A DNA stretch of 58,994 nucleotides, counting the filler, from Jimgerdemannia flammicorona (Eukaryota), in assembly GCA_003990765.1 (NCBI GenBank). It is 2 parts of 2 records of this genome, joined end to end, with 100 filler letters (N's around TTAATTAATTAA, not from the genome) between each part and the next. Parts side by side here need not be neighbours in the genome. Positions count along the whole stretch, not along the records: positions 29,567 to 58,994 come from RBNJ01000499.1; 1 more part is not named here. One strand, 5' to 3'. The notes under the pieces are model-generated. The model was not told the DNA's origin. It worked only from the letters and a program-made list of their open reading frames with translations, and made no database searches. Of this stretch, positions 51,206 to 58,994 are shown piece after piece; positions within the stretch are counted from its first letter, which is position 1; each line of letters opens with the position of its first letter. The position numbers and the translations under genes are program-made.

Positions 51206-53025
51206 TTACCTCTCCATATAATCTCCGCCATGCTGCTCAGCCGAGATTATACTCATGCATCTCCAGTCGTCTGTGAACCCAGCCTTCCAAAGCCGCACTT
51301 TGCCGTCATCACCCGATGAAGCGAGAATCGTACCGATGATGTTCCATTCGACGCGCCAGACCTATTAGAAGACGAAAAAAGAAAGCGTGTAATGAATACT
51401 ACGTATGGGGACGCGGAGGACGATTGAAGTTGAACAAGCTTGTAAAAATGGATCAGTCCATAGGCGAATTTTCCTGTGTTCCCACTAATCACGGGGAAAC
51501 ACAAGCAACATATGTATATATATTCAACTTACTTTTGTCCCATGATCTAAAAAATCCGCCACAGTCTCCACCCTGAATCTCTTAATGCCCGCCTTTTCAT
51601 TGATCCCACCGCTACCAGGTGATCCGCCTGCTTGATTATCTGAAGTCGCATAATTTGTGTGTTCCACGGTGAGTTTGAATATCCGGACGTGGTGGTCTTT
51701 ACAAGCTGTAGCGATGAGTTGGTACGATCTGCACACACGGGTGGTAAATAATTAGAATAAAATAAAATAAAATAAAATAAATCAGACAAAACGGCGTGTA
51801 TTTCACAGGTCGATTTGCACCTACCTCCCCATGTTAGGTGCCCACACGACATCGTGGACGGTGTTTTCGTGGCCTGGTAAAACCTCAGCGGCAAACCATT
51901 TGCTAGGCGAAGAGGTAGAGTCGAACTTGAAAATCTATCGATCAAGAGCGAAAACGAAGAGATCCAAAAGGCGTGTCGCTGTCAATGAAGAGCGTGTGGG
52001 AAGTTACGAGATTCAATATTCTGGCGAGCATAGGCCTCGATAACGCCGACAATGACACTAAGACAGACATTCCCTCCGTTTCACAGAAAAAATAGAGAGG
52101 AGAAAAATCAAAGAGAGCAGATAAAGAATGAAAGAATACTCTTATAACGAACCTTGGCACAGTTCTCTTTCCCACATCCTACCACCATCATTGGCGACAA
52201 GACCTTTCCAGGATACCATGAGAAACAGTAATTGCTCTCAGTTTCCTTCAATGGCAAACTCCCACCCGTCCCTGCACCTGCCGCAGTGGACAATGGCGCG
52301 GACGAAAGAATTTCAAATTCATCCATATGCGCCCACTGTGAGAGTTTGGTGACTTCCATGGCCTCATAGATGTGGATAAAACCGTCGGCGGCGCATGTTG
52401 CCTAAGAAAATGAGGTGGTGCAAGTAATGAGCAATAATAAAAACATACACCCGTTCTCCAATATCGCCAAAGTAACACACCAATTTAAGGCCCATATGCC
52501 TCGGGGAGAATGCAATATCCCGCACCGACCCACGGCTCTCAGTCAGACGCGCTTTTTCTGCCCACCGTTTTTGACTACCTTTGGCTTCTGTCGGATAGAT
52601 AATTGACCAAAATGAGAAAAAATAAAATAAAAACGGATGATCTAAAAAAAAAAAAAAAAACTGCACCGAACTCCTGTTCCTCCCAAATCTTGACGATGCG
52701 ATCGAAAGAGCACGATGCAATTATTTGGCCGTATTCGGGGTGCGCCCAGGAAACTTTTATAATGGAGCTGTCGTGAGCCTGAACCCGAAGAGACACATGT
52801 TGAGCGGTACGTGAAATCAAGTAAAATCCCGCACATTTGAGCCAAAAAACAGTTGCCCACCTTCCAGTCATCGTTGATCTCCCATGCGCCAATTTCATCG
52901 TTGAAATCCCAAACCTTGAGGCGCTGGTCGGAGGAACAAGTAACCAGTCTCTTACCGTAGTAGTCGTATGCAATGTCATGTACTAAATCGGTATGTTGGG
53001 TGTCGAATCTCGTTATCTGGTTCAT
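51206..53025 (-). CDS. SEH1: WD40 nucleoporin / SEA-GATOR2 subunit Seh1, multi-exon
   Basis: Contains [57 protein letters not shown] and [26 protein letters not shown]. Confidence 0.92.
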
Positions 53026-53165
53026 AGCGAATTCTTGGTTTCAAAGGAAAAGACACGTGTGTGGTTGAGGCTTGTTTCGGGCGTTAGTGATGTCACCACA
53101 TCCTCGATGTGACTTACTTTCATGAAGAAAGTCCCCAACAGCCCACGTCGTTTCTCCCGTTTACC

Positions 53166-54154
53166 ATGCAACGATTCACTTTGCTTCGTCTTCGCAGCTT
53201 CTACGTGTCCTCGGCAAAACCACTTGCCATTCGCAAAGGCGATAAAAAATTCCCCGACGAGTATACCCTCAATGTCGGAACTGGTAAGAACGCATCGAGC
53301 TTATATCGTTGTAAAATTACATTCGACCTTTGCATCATCTTACTCACGCTATCTTAACTTCAGCCATCACCACCCTTCGCCATGACCTCCCTCTCTTCTT
53401 CGACCGCGGGTTAGCCGATCATACCATTTATTCACCGCATATTGTGCTTTCGGATCCGCACCATACCCGGTTACATTTGCGGGGACGAACAGTCTATATT
53501 GGTATCTCGGAAATGTTACGATGGAGCCTGGGCATGTACTTTGACAACATTGCATTCGAGATTGTCAAGCTTAGAACTGAGGGCGAACGCGACGACGGTG
53601 AAGGCGGAGACGAAGAGAGTGGTGGCGTGTGGAACAACCATCATGAGTCATCGGAGGGACGTTACGAAAATCGAACCAAAGCACAAGCGGCCTTCGCAAC
53701 CACACGAGGGTTGGAGGCCTTGCCTCGGTTTTCATCAAACCACATCTCGCCGTCAACCACGCTTCAGTTTGGCACTCCGTCTGCTCCAAGTCCACACCCT
53801 ACTCATCTCTACGTCCGCTGGACTCTTGAGGGCACTCCCCGCACCAATCTCCTCTTCTCCCTACCATCGACCCCAATCCGCCGCTCGACCTACCAAGGCA
53901 TCTTCACGTATCGCTTCGACCGCACCGGTCGTATAGCCGAACACCGCATCGAACGGGTCGTCCCGGCACCGAGCAGACGCGCCGTGTTCCTACATGGTTT
54001 TGGAAGCTGGTTCTGGAGGGCGCGCTCGTGGTGGGAACAGAGGAGACAACGCGAGCCGGAGTTGGGTGGCTTGGTTGGGTATATGAATACCAAGGTGAAG
54101 ACGATAGAAAGAGGCATAGATGGGGAGGAGAGGCGCTCAAAGGGATTGACATGA
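53166..54154 (+). CDS. DUF2358 / C6orf136-like protein, possibly mitochondrial, 2 exons
   Basis: Arg-rich presequence-like start, then LRHDLPLFF..IYSPHIVLSDP..RGRTVY and VRWTLEG...GIFTYRFD..GRIAEHRIE. Confidence 0.7.
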
Positions 54155-54892
54155 ACATTTGAGGCGGTTCGGATTGTGTAGGCATTGGGGATGCTTAGAA
54201 TTTGAAGGCGCGATGTCTTGCGCAGATATAATAGAACGATAACACATGGTAGTCTGGGATGCAAGCTACCCCTTTTTTGTTGAAAGTGATTGGGTTAATT
54301 GATACTCTTTACGATCGCTTTATCCTTTCATTGCCCGTCAATTCGACTCTTATTCCACATGAATTTCAACCGTTTCGCGCATTCAACGTTCGTTTTTGTT
54401 TCCAAACCAAAATGTAAGAACTACCAAGAGCACCTTATCAGTCTTGCATAAATCGCACCTTACAACCCTAACGTATATTAGTTTCCCACCTGGTCTTTAC
54501 GCACGTTCCATTGTGGTTTAATGTCACATACCCGGCCTCAGTTGGAATCTTGACCGTCTTCATTCACAGTAACAAACTTGGTTGCGCTCTCGCAATTCCT
54601 CACGATCAACTGCGGAAACTCTTGAAATCCTTGCTCGTCTCATCCACAATCCTTTTTCTTCCACCCGTCACAGCCGTACCATTCGCAATCGCATCGATCA
54701 TGTTCATATTTCCGTCCACGTTGATTGCGTTGAAGCTTCGATCTGCGAGATTGTTCAGCCGCATTGTTCATCCATGAACGATGAGCCAGCGACCACTTAT
54801 CGTCAAGTCACGTGCGCCGCGCCACTCAAAACACAAAACAACGGTAGTTTGCCACAAGATCTGGCTGCTTACTTTTCTCTTCGCCAAAAAAA

Positions 54893-55304
54893 ATGATTAT
54901 CCCTGTCCGCTGTTTCTCGTGTGGAAAAGTCATCGGCAACAAGTGGGACGAGTACTTGTCTCTGTTGCAATCGGACTACAACGAAGGGTATGGTACACTC
55001 ATTGCATGAGGAGAAAATGGACCAACATCACAAAACACAACCCATTGCTCAACATTCCCGAAAACCCCCCAAACAGCGAGGCCCTCGACGCCCTTGGCCT
55101 CAAGCGGTACTGCTGCCGGCGCATGGTCTTGACACACGTGGATCTGATTGAAAAACTATTGCATTACAATCGTAAGCATTGTGGCATCCTTCGCTCTGAT
55201 TTGCGTTTAGTGAAATTATTATAACAGCCATGTATGTCGATGCTGTCTAACCTATGTGTTCCGTTCATATAGCTCTCGAGCGTAGTAAGGCGCAAGGCCG
55301 TTAG
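54893..55304 (+). CDS. RPB10: RNA polymerase I/II/III subunit RPABC5, 3 exons
   Basis: [18 protein letters not shown] / [31 protein letters not shown] / PLER. Confidence 0.96.
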
Positions 55305-56062
55305 GCTGATTGATGGCGGGTGATCTGATGGAGGAAGCTGATATGATGTTCGTATTTCGTCTACAATATGGCTCGACATCGCGTTATTAATATCTAACTA
55401 AAGGCTTGTCTTCATCTCAAAAATTTATACATCGCATAGTTTTCAATGCTGAAATATCTCATTTTAATAGACGCTCTATACACCTAGGATTAAAATTTTA
55501 ACTAGGACCACTATGATTTTTAATGGGGTCTTTACATTGTAATAGTATACATCAACGGCGCTCCACAGCGAGGTGCACGGCGAAACAACCCCACCACAAA
55601 CTGGATCAGGGTTGATTTGTGGTTTAGGGGGTTAGGGTTAGGGATTGAGGAAAATTCAAAGCATCGATAACATCACATACAAGCAGTCTCCGATCCATAC
55701 ACCCACGAAGGCAGTTTCCGCATAGCAATCGATTCTTCATTTTATCTAGCCTTTGCAGCAAAGAAAGTAAGAAAAAAAGGGGGGAGGGATGCTACGTACG
55801 ACCAATAAATGCTAAACATGTAGACACAAGGCACGTTTCTTCCACACAAAAATGCATCTGTGAAGTGAATCGTACAAAACAGGACAGAATAAATTTCGCA
55901 AACAAAATTATTTTCAGAATGGATTAACCAGTAAAAGTCGTAGAAAGATGTAAAATACACATATTGTGTGGACAAAGTGTTGTATCCATAATATCTCGTG
56001 AACCACCACCCGTCAAGGTCTCATCTGAATGTACTCTATGCAGACGGTGACTACAATGTCTC

Positions 56063-57241
56063 TTACAACACATCCCACAATTCCTCCAACGCGCAGCACA
56101 TCTTTCCGCACGCGACAGACGCGCTAAGCGGGTACTGGGAGATACCAATCTTCTCGTCCACATACGCATCCGCGAAATTGTCGGTACCGTGTGCCATGGC
56201 GCCTATCGAGACACAGATAGAGTAGTCGGCCGGGATGGTTGGAAGGTATTCGGACAGGCGGACGGTGGGGGCGTCGAAAGAGAAGGCTAGAGCGTGGGCA
56301 GAATGAGTATGTGATTGGCGGACGGAAAGCAAGGTAAGAGATAAGATGCGCGAAAAATCGGACAGTAAGTCTCAATCTAATAAAGGTCTAGTACACAAGG
56401 AGACAGTAGATTAAACGTACCGAGCTTCCTACAGTTCATGGGCAAGTGATCCGTGACCGGATTCTTGATCACTCTCAAGAGTTTCTCTGTTCCATTCACC
56501 GAGCGAATGGTAAGCTTGTGAAGCAATTGCACTACATTCGTGTGTAAGTTCAAGTGTGAGAATCGTCAATATAAAAACTAAGGTATGAAGCAATACAGGA
56601 GTCAAACAATGAACGGATTAAGCTCAGTACCCATCAACCCCGCGAAGCGCTTGAAGGTGCGCGGGATGCGCACATGCGGGTTCACCTCGATCAGCACATT
56701 TCGGGCCGTGTGGATGTAGACTTGGAGAAGACCAGCTTTGTTTAGCGGACTGTCGAGAAGTGTTAGGAGGCACTGGGAAAAAGAAGCATGCATAGGCGAA
56801 TTATCAATGTCATGTTGCTCCCATGTCAAATGGCGCGCACATCATCCGGGCAGTTCCAACAAGAACGCCCCGTGTGCAACCTACCTGATGGGTGATGTCA
56901 GGCCTAGCGTCTGTGATATCCCTGCCCAACCTCTTCAATATTCCCTGATGGTCGTCGCAATTGAGTAGCTGATACCTCGCGTCCTGATTCTTTCCGACCT
57001 TGTAGGTCTCCAGACAGCATCTCTCCAGCACGACGATCAGACGGCGAGTCTTCTCCTTCTCGATCAGGGTCTTTGGCACCTTGGGAGCGTGTGGGACCAT
57101 ACTGATGTCAGTGTTGTCATGGGGAAGGGCGGACTGGGCCTGTGCGGGCTGGTCCTCTGCGGGCTGGTCCTCTGCGGGCTGGTCCTCTGCGGGCTGATCG
57201 TGTGCGGGCTCCTCTTTGGTCTGGGTTTTCGGGGTAGTCAT
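56063..57241 (-). CDS. EMG1: 18S rRNA pseudouridine N1-methyltransferase Emg1/Nep1, multi-exon
   Basis: Contains [57 protein letters not shown] and [12 protein letters not shown]. Confidence 0.95.
57143..57209 (-). repeat. 15-bp coding tandem repeat (DQPAE x~4) in the EMG1 N-terminus
   Basis: Tandem units of TGCGGGCTGGTCCTC. Confidence 0.85.
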
Positions 57242-57369
57242 CTGCACGGAGTAGGACAAGGTGAACTGGAAATCTTAAAAAAAAAACTAGGCAACAGCCG
57301 TGACGTCTTTCCATCTTGTGTAAGACACAACACGTCTCTGATCCCTCGCTGTCCTCCACTCTCTCCGCA

Positions 57370-57886
57370 ATGTCCACCCCAGCCTCATTTCAAGCCGCAC
57401 ACCGCGCCTCCGTCCAAAGCCTTTACCGACGCTCACTCAAGCTCTCGTTGGACTGGTACATCCGCCGCGACCTTTGGCGCCAGAAAGCACTCGAGATCCG
57501 CTCGCAATTTGAGGCCAACAAGCATGTCACTAGCCCGCGTGAGCTGGAGGCCCTTTTGGCCAAGACCGAGCAACAGCTCGCCGAGGCCGCCCATCCAGAT
57601 CCGTATCGGTGTAGGTGTTTTATTTCTTAGTTTTATTGTTTCTGGTTGAAAATCCATCGAACAAACAGCTTATCATTTCTCTCCCTTTCGTCTAAGACCC
57701 CACTGCTCCCGAAGGTTCAAAATGGGAACGCAACACCCCGCCCTTTGTGGTGAGCATGGTTTCATTTTGGCTGCCTGAGATCCGGTGTTTTGTTCTCCAT
57801 GCTTCGAGCTCACAGACCATTTTCACACTTCGTCCGCTACGTCTATCTATTTGACTTCACAGGTGGACCATGGCCATGATCATTAG
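57370..57886 (+). CDS. NDUFB9: Complex I LYR subunit B22, 3 exons
   Basis: SLYRRSLKLSLDW...IRSQFEANK...HPDPY / PTAPEGSKWERN. Confidence 0.9.
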
Positions 57887-58652
57887 GGGTGCATTGACGC
57901 CGATAAACGAAGTAGACATTACTTAACGAGGCAAGCCGTATCCACGACAGTCGGATTTTCTTTCTTCTACGATTGAATTCTCTCAATTACACCGCCATCG
58001 CGTCTCGACAGTAAAAAACGTCTCGCCGCTTCTGAGATCTGTGTTGAATAAATTGTGGGATCTTGGCCAACACGCAGGACGATCATAGCTTTGTAAAAGA
58101 TTGAGATTTACAAGCTGAAGAATACAAAAGGATGGCGTCCATATCTTAAAACAATAATCGACGCTACTAACTGACGGTTTCTCCATGTTTAATGAAAGTC
58201 ATGTGATGCTGATGATAGACCGTAACGATCCGTGGTGCTGTGGTGGAATAAGTTGGTCGGATCTCATAGCTGATTAATGATCAACACCAAAAGAACAGCC
58301 CGTCGCGCAGGACATGCGAGAAATGCCACAAGAGGGTGGCTTCCTCCTTCAGAAAAAAAAAAACCCCCCTCCTGACTAATAGGAAGCCGAAAATGTGAGA
58401 TTTGGGAATAACCACAGAAAGCGTTCAGTCTAACGATCGACAAGCTAACCAAACTTAAACTATTGTAAGAGCTTCCTTCGAAACTAGGAATGTACCACCG
58501 ACCATGACACATGCCCGGTTCACAGCGATGCTTCGCATGAAATGTTTCCCGACAGCTCGGCTCTCGCTCATATCCGCCTGTTAGAGGTAGCTTTGCGTTG
58601 TAATTGGAAGGAGGCAGTGATGGACGAGCTGTTCATCTCGTGTTGGTGACAC

Positions 58653-58687
<35 letters not shown>

Positions 58688-58994
58688 GCTAACGACGACA
58701 CTTTCGCAACGGTTAAAATATTCATTTTCTTGCAATCAGCCGAACAATCGTTACGCAAACCTACGGAGCCAGCATCGTCAAATGTTGAATCTCCAGTACC
58801 AGGTAGAAGGACCGATATCGTCGCTGATACCACAGACATCACAACGAATAGACAAATGAATGTTGCACTTCGTAATTTTGATTGTGGTAATACGCTATTC
58901 TATTCTATGAAATAAATTCTATAATATGCAATTTCTATTCTATATAGCTATATCGAGCAGTCTATCGTTTAATAAAAACAAAAAACAAAAAAAA

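Noticed and set aside
54612..54775. Small minus-strand ORF upstream of RPB10 and a CAACCCTAAC motif at ~54463
   Set aside because: No recognisable homology; a single short telomere-like match is expected by chance.

Overview
Intron-rich eukaryotic DNA, fungal-like; the gene content suggests an early-diverging fungus such as Mucoromycota, but this is inference. About 1-39 kb is a transposon graveyard. It holds many CpG/CpA-eroded L1/Tx1-like LINE copies and a LINE-made processed retrocopy of CWC15 (polyA plus a 16-bp TSD). It also holds a 16.9-kb chromodomain Ty3/Gypsy element that carries a dUTPase and has two LINEs nested inside it, a 2.06-kb TG...CA solo-LTR-like element with its own ORF cassette, and F-box and membrane-protein pseudogenes. 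An artificial N/TTAATTAATTAA spacer lies at 29.5 kb. About 39-58 kb is gene-rich: a SAM-methyltransferase gene with a convergent pseudogene, an LtrA-family membrane protein, a HotDog thioesterase, RSM19, SEH1, a DUF2358/C6orf136-like gene, RPB10, EMG1 and NDUFB9. Coordinates were read by eye; exon boundaries and the ends of degenerate elements are approximate.
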